55,571 nucleotides of DNA from positions 1 to 55,571 of the IMG/VR virus record IMGVR_UViG_3300049924_000170. One strand, 5' to 3'. Of the stretch, positions 29,214 to 39,318 are shown one piece after another. The number at the start of each line of letters is the position of its first letter. Position 1 is the stretch's first letter. This DNA is from a virus (taxonomy: Duplodnaviria > Caudoviricetes). The translations under genes were made by a program, and so were the position numbers. The notes below the pieces were generated by a model. That model saw nothing but the letters and a program-made list of their open reading frames with translations. It was not told the DNA's origin and searched no databases.

Positions 29214-29891
29214 TTAAGACCTTGTAAACCAAAAATCAGAATTTTCAGCATAAATATCTGAAACTGATTCAGGTTGACCTTCGTCTCGATTGTTAGCCAT
29301 AATTTCAATACGTCGTTTTAATTCAGCTTTTTGCTGTTGCAACACGGTAACATCAGACTCTTCTTTTTGTAAGTATTTAATAGCAGCATCTACTATTACA
29401 TACTCTGCAAAGAAGTTTAAGTCTTTTAAAGTGTCAGTGTCAGCTACCAAAAGAGGAGCTGTTGGTACATACCATAGGCGAATCTGATAATTAGCTTCTG
29501 GAGCTGGACTAAACTTAATATTATTACCGACCATGCGGTAACGTATGTTAGGACCATTAATTAATCCCCAGGTGACGTCATTATTTCTGTTTCTCTCATT
29601 AAAGTTAAACGGCCTCATAGAGTACCATTTGTCGCTAGTAATTTGGGCATCAACGCCCTTCATTTTATAAAAATCAGCAGGTAAAGCATAGCTGTCTACA
29701 TTTGCAGTTGTGCTAAAAGTATAGTCATCTACACTGTAATCTGCAGAACCTGCACTGATTAACAGGTCGTGCAATTCAGCAGCTGACCCATTTATAAGGA
29801 AGTCTAGCTCTGGATTTTCAATAAAATTTGAATTCTCGCGGTCAGCCCTTTGTCTGGTACGTAGCCGCAAGTCTGCTAATGTGTGGACCAT
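29214..29891 (-). CDS. Head-tail adaptor (tubular protein A-like)
   Basis: TLADLR..TRQRAD, YALPADF, IKFSPAP...LWY; synteny. Confidence 0.75.
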   Translation of the reverse strand: MVHTLADLRLRTRQRADRENSNFIENPELDFLINGSAAELHDLLISAGSADYSVDDYTFSTTANVDSYALPADFYKMKGVDAQITSDKWYSMRPFNFNERNRNNDVTWGLINGPNIRYRMVGNNIKFSPAPEANYQIRLWYVPTAPLLVADTDTLKDLNFFAEYVIVDAAIKYLQKEESDVTVLQQQKAELKRRIEIMANNRDEGQPESVSDIYAENSDFWFTRS

Positions 29892-30193
29892 TAGTCTTCT
29901 CCAAGCTCATGTAGCTGACTTTCGTCTAAATTGGTAAGCTTGATAAGGTCTATAATGGCTGAAGCTATGGCCTTAGTGTTCTTTGACTCTAAGGCGTTCA
30001 TAAGGCTGGTAGCAGCAGCTTCTTGAGCAGTATCAGTTGTGATAGGGTCTTCTTGTCCAGAAAGCTTTTCCATACTTTCTTCATTAGCTTCTTTTAAAGC
30101 TTCTGAAGTGTTTTCAGAAGTAGATGAGTCTTTTAGTTTACCCAAAATCATTGTTACGTCTTGACGTTTATTAGGTTGCATTAGGCCGCCCAT
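29891..30193 (-). CDS. Hypothetical protein
   Basis: AAGGAG RBS before ATG 30193. Confidence 0.6.
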   Translation of the reverse strand: MGGLMQPNKRQDVTMILGKLKDSSTSENTSEALKEANEESMEKLSGQEDPITTDTAQEAAATSLMNALESKNTKAIASAIIDLIKLTNLDESQLHELGED

Positions 30194-30234
30194 GGTAATC
30201 TCCTTGTTATATAGAGGTTTATTGTTTTTAAACG

Positions 30235-30265
30235 AAAAAAGGCCCTGTATTTCTACAGAGCCTTT
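30235..30265 (-). terminator. Intrinsic terminator after major capsid gene
   Basis: AAAGGCTCTGTA-gaaa-TACAGGGCCTTTTTT. Confidence 0.85.
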
Positions 30266-30287
30266 CAAGCTATAATTTACTTAAAAA

Positions 30288-31496
30288 TTAGAACTGAATA
30301 CGAGCGTTAAAGCCCGGACCTCTCGTGGCCAATTGGGCATAGTAGCCCACGCGGATTTCAACTGAATCGGCGCTAGAGTCACGTAACATTTTAAGACCGT
30401 CAGTATCTAAAATCTTAGGAGCTTTTCCTAAAGAGTATAGTTTCCAAGTGTCTAATTGCAACATGTAAGCAACGTCAGCAGGACAGTTTTGGTCAGCATA
30501 AACTTTAATGATACCACGAGGACCATTAACTTCAATACCACGGAAACCTACGAAATTAGTAACTTTAAGGTCCATATATCGAACTTTAGTTCCTAATTCT
30601 TTTTCCAATTGAGCGTACTTGCTGTAAGACATTACACAGTGAGTCGGCTTTCCGCCTTCACGAGCAACTCTAGAAGCCGCATTGATTAAAGCCTCTTCGA
30701 TTGGTAAAGCTGTTCCGTTATATCGGATACCTGCTAAACGTGTAGCATCAGAAGAACGGTTTACTCCGAAGAAATTGTCAGAAGGAGCTGGAGAAGTTGC
30801 AGGCAACCAAGCAGCAAAACCTTTAATTTTCTGGTCATAATCTCCATCAATAAAGATGAAATCTAAGTCAGCAACAGCAGGAATAGCTGTATTTAAAGGA
30901 GCATTAACAGTTACTTGACCTAAATCACGGTCAACACCAGTTACTACTGCAGTTCCAGCGCGAACAGTACCGCCACCGTTAGTAGCAGAAACAGCTAAAG
31001 TTTGACCAACTTCAAAATTAGTTACAGATTCAATAGATTGTAACTGGATTAAGTTAGTTGTAATATCAGTTGCTACCGCGATTTGACCGATAACTCCAGA
31101 ACCTGTACCGAACATAGCGATTGCTAATGAACGAGCAGCAGAGTGGATAGCTCCGTCAATTTCAGTTGTTGCAGCTTCCATGAAAGCGTTTGCATTACCT
31201 TTAGAAGCTTCTATAGTCTCATTATCGATAGATGCTAAAGAGTAATCTTTTGCTCTAGTTAAAACGAAATCTTTCAACTGAGAGTTTGTTTTATTAGCTT
31301 GAGCTTTGATAAAGCTAGCTGAACGACCTTGTGGATTTCCGTAAATGATAGGAATCGGTAAATTTTTTCCACCGAAATCTTCCATTTTTGAAATCATAGC
31401 CAAAGTTGGGTTATCTTGATACACCATGTTCTCAACAGTGTCATTTGTGTAGTGCGATTTTAACGCACTTGCGAAAGTTACTAAATCTAAAGACAT
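30288..31496 (-). CDS. Major capsid protein
   Basis: 402 aa after scaffold, followed by terminator; optimised codon use. Confidence 0.85.
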   Translation of the reverse strand: MSLDLVTFASALKSHYTNDTVENMVYQDNPTLAMISKMEDFGGKNLPIPIIYGNPQGRSASFIKAQANKTNSQLKDFVLTRAKDYSLASIDNETIEASKGNANAFMEAATTEIDGAIHSAARSLAIAMFGTGSGVIGQIAVATDITTNLIQLQSIESVTNFEVGQTLAVSATNGGGTVRAGTAVVTGVDRDLGQVTVNAPLNTAIPAVADLDFIFIDGDYDQKIKGFAAWLPATSPAPSDNFFGVNRSSDATRLAGIRYNGTALPIEEALINAASRVAREGGKPTHCVMSYSKYAQLEKELGTKVRYMDLKVTNFVGFRGIEVNGPRGIIKVYADQNCPADVAYMLQLDTWKLYSLGKAPKILDTDGLKMLRDSSADSVEIRVGYYAQLATRGPGFNARIQF

Positions 31497-31594
31497 TTTA
31501 TTTTCCTTTGTTCTTTTTCAGAACAGTTTTATTTTTATTTTTTAGCCGGCGTTTAAAGGTACGTCAACTGTTAAAACCTAAGTGTTTGTATGGC

Positions 31595-32491
31595 TTACTC
31601 AACCCATCGGAGCATTTTTGCAGCTTCCCTCATTTTTTCTTCTTTACTCAACTGTCTTTCTCCTGATACTGGCACTTCAGCAGATAAAGTGTTCGACAAT
31701 GTTTGCGTTGTCTTTGGTTCTTTCACGTCTTCTTTTTTTGGACTTTGTTTAGCCCGTTTTGCTTCATATGTCTTGCTTACTTGTTCATCTAAGTGAGACT
31801 CGACAGCGTCGCATGCCTCTTTATATGATAAAATTTTAATAAGCTGGTCAGGTATACCCTTTTCAACTTGTTCCATGTAATGTTGGTTCATAACTTCATA
31901 AACCATACTTACATTGTCATAGGCACGAATAAGCTCATATTCATCAGACTTGTTTACGAAATCTGTCAAATCGGATATAACGCCCTGTACAACCTTCTCG
32001 TGTTGTTTTTTTGCTTCCTCTTCTTCAGACTGTTTTTTCTTAACTTCTTTATTATCAAACTCTTCTCTAAGGGCCTTAATTTCAGCTCTCAAAGCAGCTT
32101 CGGTTTCTGAAACTGTTCGTTTAAGCTTAGTTTCTGGGTCTGGATTAGCATGGTCCATTAACATTTGACCAATTTCATCTACAGTTAGGCCTTTTGATAG
32201 TAAAAAGTCTATAGCTTTAGATTTATTAGTGCTAATTTCTTTATCCAACTGCTCATATGGAGCGTATTTTTTACGATTTTCTTCGATTTCAGACAGCTTT
32301 AAATTATACTCTGTCTCTTTTGACTTAAACTTTTCGTTAAATTCCTTCTCTTTACGAGTTAAAGCTGCAAACTTAGATGCAAATTTATCTATATGTTCTG
32401 TGCTTTTAATTTCTGGTTTAACGGCTGTTTCTGCGTTGACGACTGGTGCGTCTGTTACTGCTGTTATAGCAGTGGCTACTGAATCTGACAT
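31595..32491 (-). CDS. Scaffolding protein
   Basis: Charged helical protein between portal and capsid. Confidence 0.7.
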   Translation of the reverse strand: MSDSVATAITAVTDAPVVNAETAVKPEIKSTEHIDKFASKFAALTRKEKEFNEKFKSKETEYNLKLSEIEENRKKYAPYEQLDKEISTNKSKAIDFLLSKGLTVDEIGQMLMDHANPDPETKLKRTVSETEAALRAEIKALREEFDNKEVKKKQSEEEEAKKQHEKVVQGVISDLTDFVNKSDEYELIRAYDNVSMVYEVMNQHYMEQVEKGIPDQLIKILSYKEACDAVESHLDEQVSKTYEAKRAKQSPKKEDVKEPKTTQTLSNTLSAEVPVSGERQLSKEEKMREAAKMLRWVE

Positions 32492-32546
32492 AAGGACCCC
32501 TTTTGGCTTAATAAGAGCTTAATGCTCAATAGAGGTCCCTTGTTTT

Positions 32547-34397
32547 TTACATCGTAGGTAATAATTCTGATACTGGAGGAGCTGCAGGAGCACCTGTAGG
32601 GTCCATAAGGTCAGGACCAACAGCACCTTCAACCTGTTGAGTTGCTGGAGTTACCGGCGCTACAGATTGCGGAGGCTGACTTGCTATGACCAGTAATTCG
32701 TTGGCATCTGACATCCATTGTCTAAACAGTTCTAGCAACTCTTCTGGAGCTGCCTGAGACTTGTACATAAGATATGCTTGCTGCATCTTTTTAATACCAT
32801 ATGATAAGTTCTGGAAAGGCTCTGGAGATTGATATTCCATTTTATCAACCATAAGTTCAATTTGTCTTTCAATGTCTTCAACGCCGCTATTAGTCATGTT
32901 ATAATATGCCTTTAAGTCTGGAAAATCTAACAGTTTCATACCGTCTTCTTTACCTACAAGCCCTGCCTGCATAAGTTCTTGAACCTCTGCTAATCTAGCT
33001 GATGGGGTTTGAGATAAAGCAGAAGTTGGGAAAATTTGCATCATGTACTGGTCTTGTTCCATGGAAACGTCAGACCATTTAATGGTTTTAAGGAAGTCAG
33101 ACCCTGGCACTTTTACTTCATAATTATCTGTTTCTTCGGCAATGTCTTTTGCGTAGTCAATCATTATTTCACAAGCATCTAAGAAAGTTTGCTCGTAACG
33201 CTTAGCACAAGCCATGAAACGCTCAGTTTCGATTTCGTTATAAGTTCTCATAGCTTTACCGCTGTTTAAACCACTCGGCTTTTGAGATTGAGCCGATAGC
33301 TGTGATAATCCAATAATCTCGTATGAACGGCTATAAAGTCGGTCTAATTGTGAAAATAATTCTCCAGGAATGCTTCCTAAAGTACCCCATTCAGGTTTAG
33401 TTCCTGCATACTTAATAATTCCACCTATTTTATTATTTAAATGCGTAGACATAATTTTAGAACTGGCTTCTACCATAAGTTTTGGAACTGAAACTAAATG
33501 CATACTTATTTGAATGGTTCTTAATAGTTTGTTAATTTCTAATTGTAGCCCAGTCAACTGTTCAGCTATTCCTTGACCCCAAAATCCTAATGGACGCTCA
33601 TTCCAACGGCTAAATACGAACGGAAAGTAATCCTTATCCCACTCTTCATTATATAAATCTTGATTACTAATACATATAGTATGACGACCATCTTTTGAAT
33701 CTTCAGAGCTACGAAGTCTCCAAGATTCTATGACTAATAGCATGTCACCATTTCTAGAACTGTTGTCAACATTTTGATTGTCCATATCAACAGCAGAGTC
33801 TATAGCGCCTTTATATTTAGGATAACAAGCCTTTAAAACGTCTTTATTAATCCACTTCTTTTGATGAATTTGACGTGGAGTGCCATATATGGCCTCATTA
33901 TTATCAATGATTAACTCATCAATAAACACTCTTTCTACCTCTATTTTAGTACCTTTTCTGAAGATTTTTAAAGCTCCAGTACCAAATATGCAACCGTCTG
34001 AGAATATGCGCGGCATGATATTGTACAGCTTTGTACTGTAGAACTGACCTTCAGCAAATTTAGTAAGCTTTTCAGCCTTTCTTTTTAAGCTGAAATCACC
34101 GTCGTCCGTTAAAAAGTATGGGCGAGGCTTATTTTTAGTTATCTTAGAAACAGCTGTATCAATCATACTTTGTACGACGTTTAAAGTTACCCGATTTTGT
34201 ACTGAGTAGCTATTCTCAGACTGAGCATAGTTAAACTGTGCTAGCCCATTGTACTCATGATTTCCATAAAGTCGCATGTGCTTTATGTTATCAGCTTGTA
34301 CGTTAGCCTGTCTATTATCTAACATTTTTATATAGGGAAATACAGATTTGTAAGCTTCCGATTTATCTTTAAACCAGTAATAATGTGCTGTGTTCAT
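32547..34397 (-). CDS. Portal protein
   Basis: 616 aa after terminase; LNVVQS.ID, FPFV..RW..RP.GFWGQG...Q.EIN. Confidence 0.85.
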   Translation of the reverse strand: MNTAHYYWFKDKSEAYKSVFPYIKMLDNRQANVQADNIKHMRLYGNHEYNGLAQFNYAQSENSYSVQNRVTLNVVQSMIDTAVSKITKNKPRPYFLTDDGDFSLKRKAEKLTKFAEGQFYSTKLYNIMPRIFSDGCIFGTGALKIFRKGTKIEVERVFIDELIIDNNEAIYGTPRQIHQKKWINKDVLKACYPKYKGAIDSAVDMDNQNVDNSSRNGDMLLVIESWRLRSSEDSKDGRHTICISNQDLYNEEWDKDYFPFVFSRWNERPLGFWGQGIAEQLTGLQLEINKLLRTIQISMHLVSVPKLMVEASSKIMSTHLNNKIGGIIKYAGTKPEWGTLGSIPGELFSQLDRLYSRSYEIIGLSQLSAQSQKPSGLNSGKAMRTYNEIETERFMACAKRYEQTFLDACEIMIDYAKDIAEETDNYEVKVPGSDFLKTIKWSDVSMEQDQYMMQIFPTSALSQTPSARLAEVQELMQAGLVGKEDGMKLLDFPDLKAYYNMTNSGVEDIERQIELMVDKMEYQSPEPFQNLSYGIKKMQQAYLMYKSQAAPEELLELFRQWMSDANELLVIASQPPQSVAPVTPATQQVEGAVGPDLMDPTGAPAAPPVSELLPTM

Positions 34398-34409
34398 TTT
34401 TTATCCTTG

Positions 34410-34652
34410 TTATCTAGTTGACCAGTATAAATCCTCTTCGTCCTCTTGCTTAGAGTCTTGAGAGTCTACTAGGTCTTTTTGTACTACAGTTTTTTTGTCT
34501 TCATTTAAAATAGCATCCTCGATAGAAGCGAGGTTCTCAACTAGTGCAAGGTCGCTCAACTCAAAAGATATGTCTGCCAATTTTACGGCTTTTACTTTTT
34601 GCTCTTTACACCAAATAATCAGTTTTTTCAGCTCTTCTATGTTATTAACCAT
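34410..34652 (-). CDS. Hypothetical protein
   Basis: GGAGG RBS before MVNNIEE. Confidence 0.6.
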   Translation of the reverse strand: MVNNIEELKKLIIWCKEQKVKAVKLADISFELSDLALVENLASIEDAILNEDKKTVVQKDLVDSQDSKQEDEEDLYWSTR

Positions 34653-34671
34653 GCTAAGACCCTCCTTGTTT

Positions 34672-36165
34672 TTAGTCCCAATCTGTATGACCAGAATCAA
34701 ATATATACTCTAAATCGTCGTCAGAGACCACATCGTCATGGTCAGCATACTTTTTAGCCTCCATAGCATCAGCCTCTTGCTGTTCTAAAAGGTCCATATA
34801 GGCCTGGCTATGCTTATTTGGAACCTTAGCAACCCCTTCAGCCTCAATATAATGCTTACAGTGCCTCCATGCATACAGCACCGCATCTCCAATATCTGTA
34901 TGATAAATGTCTGAGACCTTCAGCTTTGTAGGGTCTGACCGGTCCCAAACCACTAAACTAGTATCTTGTTCAAACCTAGAACCTCTATAAACCTTCATTC
35001 TAGCAGTTCTTAAGTCGTCATTCATAAGCTCAATAAACTCAAATTTACGGTGCTTCTCAGCTACTTCCATGTTTATACCATGTCGCTGTCTAATCTCTTC
35101 TTGTATCTTTTTACCTAGTCCGCCACCATCCATAACCATTTTTACAGGCATGTATTTGTCATATAATACTTTAATTTTAGATATTAGGTCAGTAAGAGTT
35201 TGTTTGTCTTGTATGTCCTCTTCAACCAAATATACATTTCCATCTTGATAATTATATCCTAGGACAGCTATAGCATCTGAATCATTCCAACCTATATCTA
35301 TACCAAATATGTAAATCATACGACCAACAGGAGGACTTCCAAACAGGTTTAAGGCAGGATTAAACTTAAATACTAAACTGTTCTTATCTTCAATCCAGTC
35401 TCCATAAGTTTCACGTCTATAGGCTGCGTCACTTTCGGTTATTCCCTTTAATTCTCTTTCTTCTTTAAGCCGGTCATGTAAATTCTTTACAGGTAAACTG
35501 TATTTACCATCTGGATTATGCATATGAGGATTATTAAACGCATTCCATTTAAAGCTAGGTATCATAGGAGAGTTGCAGTATTCATAAAAGGGTCCTGCAG
35601 GAACTGGTCCTGGAGTACCTGTTAATCCCAACTCTCCGTTTAAATCTCGTAGTCCTGGTAACAAGATGTCATTTATAAGAGTACGTAAATATGGTCTGAA
35701 GGATTGAGCCTCATCTACATATGCTTTTCTTAATTTTAATCCTCGATATTTTTCAATTTCAGCTTCATCTTTTGCTCCACCACAACGTATGGTAGATTTA
35801 GTATCAATAAAATACATTTCGAGTCGTGTCTCGTCTGTTTTAACATTTAGTTTATACCTTTCTGCTACTTTTTTTAACTCATCCCAAATAATTGCACGGG
35901 CTGAACGAGACGTAAGAGTTAAGTATAGGCACAGTACACCATACTCGGTTATACAAACATCTAGAAATTCTCCAATAATAGTATTAGTCTTACCAGCTCT
36001 ACGAGATGTGCAGGCTGATTTTATAATCTTTTTTTCTAATGCAAATTGTAACTGTTCAGAAAAGCAAAACTCTTCTATTTTAAACGCAGGAACTGCAGAC
36101 GCCTTTTCAGACTCTGCAGCTCTTTTTTTCAACTCTTTTATAATTTTAGCTTTTGATATAGCCAT
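34672..36165 (-). CDS. terL: Terminase large subunit
   Basis: SRRAGKT Walker A, YVDEAQ Walker B, TGTP, nuclease GIDIGWND...DAVLYA. Confidence 0.92.
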   Translation of the reverse strand: MAISKAKIIKELKKRAAESEKASAVPAFKIEEFCFSEQLQFALEKKIIKSACTSRRAGKTNTIIGEFLDVCITEYGVLCLYLTLTSRSARAIIWDELKKVAERYKLNVKTDETRLEMYFIDTKSTIRCGGAKDEAEIEKYRGLKLRKAYVDEAQSFRPYLRTLINDILLPGLRDLNGELGLTGTPGPVPAGPFYEYCNSPMIPSFKWNAFNNPHMHNPDGKYSLPVKNLHDRLKEERELKGITESDAAYRRETYGDWIEDKNSLVFKFNPALNLFGSPPVGRMIYIFGIDIGWNDSDAIAVLGYNYQDGNVYLVEEDIQDKQTLTDLISKIKVLYDKYMPVKMVMDGGGLGKKIQEEIRQRHGINMEVAEKHRKFEFIELMNDDLRTARMKVYRGSRFEQDTSLVVWDRSDPTKLKVSDIYHTDIGDAVLYAWRHCKHYIEAEGVAKVPNKHSQAYMDLLEQQEADAMEAKKYADHDDVVSDDDLEYIFDSGHTDWD

Positions 36166-36386
36166 TATTTATTCTTAATTGGCTTTTGTAATGAAGCTGT
36201 TTCTGGAGCATTTTCATACTCAATATAGCTTACATTATTCCAAGAAACTAAGGTAGTCCTATCTCCTTTAGAAATAGTAACCCCCTTGTCCTGAATGTCT
36301 ATTTTATAAGTAGACGGAGACGCTGAAGTCTCCACAATCCCACCTATACGTGCTCCTTGATAAAATTTAACTAATAAAATCTTCAT
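36165..36386 (-). CDS. Hypothetical protein
   Basis: Coupled ORF upstream of terL. Confidence 0.6.
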   Translation of the reverse strand: MKILLVKFYQGARIGGIVETSASPSTYKIDIQDKGVTISKGDRTTLVSWNNVSYIEYENAPETASLQKPIKNK

Positions 36387-37132
36387 TTTGAAATTCCCCA
36401 GTTAAGTGACTTTTTATAAGCAAGATAATTGGCTTTATTACTTGGTTCGATAACCTGGCCTAATTTAACCAATGGACAGCCGTTAAACTTTACTTCGATA
36501 GCCATTCCAAAAAAAGAAAATGTTTCTATGGTGGTAGAGTCTAATAAAGATTGTGTACAAATAATACTTACAACTTCATCAGCAGCTTTATCAGTTACTG
36601 CATCTTTACCGCTAACCCAGTATTCATCTTTTACCTTAGCTTTATACGTTTCTAAAGTAATGTTTAAACGATTTGCATTAACTGTTTCCATGTTGCGTAC
36701 CCATTTTTTATAAAATGCTAATCTGCTTTCTAATTCTCCATCTTCAAACTGTCCTTCAACTCCACCTGCAGCTCTGTGGAACATGAGGATACCAGAATCA
36801 ATGATGTTGCGTTTACCAGGCAAAGCTTCTACAATTGCAGAACCCATACTGGCAGCGAACAAAGTAATTGTTTCTAAATTTGGAACTGTTTTAGCAAATT
36901 CAATAAAATTGAGGCCAGAGCTGATAGAGCCTCCTGGAGTATCTAGTACTAAGTAAATAGTATAAGTCTTGGTTCCTCGTTTAGCTACTTTTTTAGCCAA
37001 GTCCAGCTGCGCTTTAGATACAGAGTCGTCTGAAACTTCGTTTCTAAAGACAACCATGTTATCTGGTGTAAGTTCAATGTTCTTTGCAAATGATACTCCA
37101 CAAAATAACATTATTGCTAAAAATACCTTCAT
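36383..37132 (-). CDS. ClpP-like serine protease with signal peptide
   Basis: MKVFLAIMLFCGVSFA signal; LDTPGGS, AASMG, LMFH motifs. Confidence 0.75.
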   Translation of the reverse strand: MKVFLAIMLFCGVSFAKNIELTPDNMVVFRNEVSDDSVSKAQLDLAKKVAKRGTKTYTIYLVLDTPGGSISSGLNFIEFAKTVPNLETITLFAASMGSAIVEALPGKRNIIDSGILMFHRAAGGVEGQFEDGELESRLAFYKKWVRNMETVNANRLNITLETYKAKVKDEYWVSGKDAVTDKAADEVVSIICTQSLLDSTTIETFSFFGMAIEVKFNGCPLVKLGQVIEPSNKANYLAYKKSLNWGISK

Positions 37133-37311
37133 ACTTGCTCACTTTTCTGTTCTGTTTCAGAACTGTTTTGATTTTTCTTCTCTTCTAAAAGAGCTTGAAC
37201 TTGAAATTGAGAGAGTGTTAGTCTCATGTAGAAATCGGCAGCTTGTCTTACCAATTCATTTTTACTTAAGGTTCTTAATTGCTTCTTGAACTCTGCTAAT
37301 TCTTTTTCCAT
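37129..37311 (-). CDS. Hypothetical protein
   Basis: Coupled ORF between the two ClpP-like genes. Confidence 0.6.
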   Translation of the reverse strand: MEKELAEFKKQLRTLSKNELVRQAADFYMRLTLSQFQVQALLEEKKNQNSSETEQKSEQV

Positions 37312-37898
37312 TAAAATATTTCCTTTGCTATACCAAGCTTAACAACTTGCTCGGCTGTTAAAAAGACATCCTTCTTTGAGTGTAGCAGCTTTTTCCAGAA
37401 CAGTCCACTCTTTTTACTATTTTCTGCTAAAAATTTACAATACATGTCCTCTTCTTTAGCTAAGCTACGTAATATATTTTGAAGCGCTGATAAAGTACCT
37501 TCGGTTCCTAATGAGGCTTGATGGAACATAAATTCGCAGTATTTTGAAACTGACCTTTCAGCTCCTGCACAAAAAATCATAGTAGCAGCACTCATAATAG
37601 CTCCGTAAGCCTCTGTCTTTATAACGCAAGGACTCTTTTTTATACGAGAAACGACAGCCCAGGCATCATAAATAGAGCCTCCACAACTGTTTATTTTTAT
37701 AGTAATTGGCGCGTTATCAGGTCCGCCATCTCTTTCTAGTATGTTGAGTTTAGCATCAATTTCAGCAAAAGAATTATGGTCTATATCTCTATTAATACAA
37801 AACGACCGACCTACAGGGTCTACCCCATAGTCTAATATAAGTTCATTTTGCATATTCCAAATATGAAGAGCAAGCTCCTGAACATTTTTTTCAGCCAT
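37311..37898 (-). CDS. ClpP protease subunit-like
   Basis: INSCGGS, MSAAT (catalytic Ser), FMFHQ (His), DVFLTAEQ..LG. Confidence 0.85.
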   Translation of the reverse strand: MAEKNVQELALHIWNMQNELILDYGVDPVGRSFCINRDIDHNSFAEIDAKLNILERDGGPDNAPITIKINSCGGSIYDAWAVVSRIKKSPCVIKTEAYGAIMSAATMIFCAGAERSVSKYCEFMFHQASLGTEGTLSALQNILRSLAKEEDMYCKFLAENSKKSGLFWKKLLHSKKDVFLTAEQVVKLGIAKEIF

Positions 37899-37909
37899 AA
37901 AGCCTCCTG

Positions 37910-38347
37910 TTATTTTACAGTATTCATTAATATATAGGGATGATAGATTAAATTAAACTTTTCGTCGTTTCTATCTCCTATAACTGTTTGATGAGTGTAG
38001 CATCCTAATACTGAAAAGTCATGCTTTGTTTCTTCCAACAGCTTTCTAGCCAATCCTAATTTACGGTATATATTTTTTACGTATATATAATGTAGTACGA
38101 ACTGTCCTTGAATGTGTTCGTATACGCAATAGCCATAAATTATACGCGGGTCTTCAGAATTACAACAAACAATTACCTTGCTAGTTTGTAGTAAACGCTC
38201 TATAACAATATGCTGGTTCGTATAGTATACGCTGTTGTCTACGTTATTGCAAACAGTTCCGTTGCGAAATGATTTAAGCCAGCTGTTAAACAAGAATGCT
38301 TGGTCTTCAGGCATATAGGGACGCATCATGATAGGTACATTATTCAT
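37910..38347 (-). CDS. GNAT-family acetyltransferase-like
   Basis: LHYIYVK..YRKLGLARKLL acetyl-CoA motif. Confidence 0.75.
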   Translation of the reverse strand: MNNVPIMMRPYMPEDQAFLFNSWLKSFRNGTVCNNVDNSVYYTNQHIVIERLLQTSKVIVCCNSEDPRIIYGYCVYEHIQGQFVLHYIYVKNIYRKLGLARKLLEETKHDFSVLGCYTHQTVIGDRNDEKFNLIYHPYILMNTVK

Positions 38348-38594
38348 AAGAGTATTCCATTTCTTGAGAGTCTTCGACCCATTTTAAGGACACACTTACA
38401 CGTAAAGCGCTGCCTAAATACTGTAGGGCATCTTGTTCAGATATGCCGCAAGACTTAGCCAATTGCTCATATGGTATGTCTAGTTTAAATTTAAAGTTGG
38501 TTTTTTTCATTGTAGCCATGGTCAGACCGTAATGTAACATGGTTACTGCAGAATATTCAGATACTTGAGAGATTTCTGGCGGTTGTTCACTCAT
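38340..38594 (-). CDS. Hypothetical protein
   Basis: ORF in operon. Confidence 0.55.
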   Translation of the reverse strand: MSEQPPEISQVSEYSAVTMLHYGLTMATMKKTNFKFKLDIPYEQLAKSCGISEQDALQYLGSALRVSVSLKWVEDSQEMEYSYE

Positions 38595-38620
38595 AATTCC
38601 ATTGCTCCTATATAGGAGAC

Positions 38621-38959
38621 TTATGGTTTTTTTTCTAAATCAGCTTCTTTTCCGTAATATTCAAGTAGTTCGTCGGTACTCATGTGCTTTAACTGCTCAT
38701 TTAAGCCATCATGCTTGTCCTGCTCGCGTTCTTCTCTTTGTATGTCACATGCTGATTGAATAATAAGACGTAATTTCTTTACATCTTCATTATCTAGGGT
38801 TCCATTTATGGCTTCGATACGTATTTTTTGAATTTGGTCAGCTAATATAGCTGAAGCGTCTGCTAAAACGCTAGCAATACTCTTTTCTCTTACAACTATA
38901 GCAGATTCTCCAGCTCTACGACGGATAGTAGATGGTATTAATGTCTTTTTTTCACTCAT
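38621..38959 (-). CDS. Hypothetical helical protein (possible terminase small subunit)
   Basis: Helical, ends LKHMSTDELLE, upstream of terL; function is a guess. Confidence 0.35.
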   Translation of the reverse strand: MSEKKTLIPSTIRRRAGESAIVVREKSIASVLADASAILADQIQKIRIEAINGTLDNEDVKKLRLIIQSACDIQREEREQDKHDGLNEQLKHMSTDELLEYYGKEADLEKKP

Positions 38960-39186
38960 TTTACTATATTATAAACAGTTACATAGCCTTCATTGTCTGC
39001 CAAGTAAATTTTATCACTTGGACAGCTAATGTCACATACAATTTTATAATGGATAGTGCCTTGTAACTCATTACACACTCTAACTATCTCGTCAAAGCTG
39101 TCAAATGAGCATAAAATGGAGTTACGAACAGCGTCTAGACTATATACCTGTACATTTTCGCTAATTTGTTCTACATTCCAGTTCAT
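38956..39186 (-). CDS. Hypothetical protein
   Basis: Coupled ORF. Confidence 0.5.
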   Translation of the reverse strand: MNWNVEQISENVQVYSLDAVRNSILCSFDSFDEIVRVCNELQGTIHYKIVCDISCPSDKIYLADNEGYVTVYNIVK

Positions 39187-39318
39187 TATGGCATTCTCAA
39201 TTCTATTTTTAGTTGTTCTTTGGCTTTTTCAATCTGTTTATTGAACTCCTTACCTAAGTCAGTAAGTTTTTTTAGTTCATTTGGTCTTTGATTACAGTTT
39301 TGCTGCTTACTTTGCACA

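Noticed and set aside
14000-37289. Numerous + strand ORFs antisense to structural genes (e.g. 14000-14491, 19568-19927, 20192-20569, 35789-36178)
   Set aside because: Shadow ORFs without RBS, fully overlapping well-supported - strand genes
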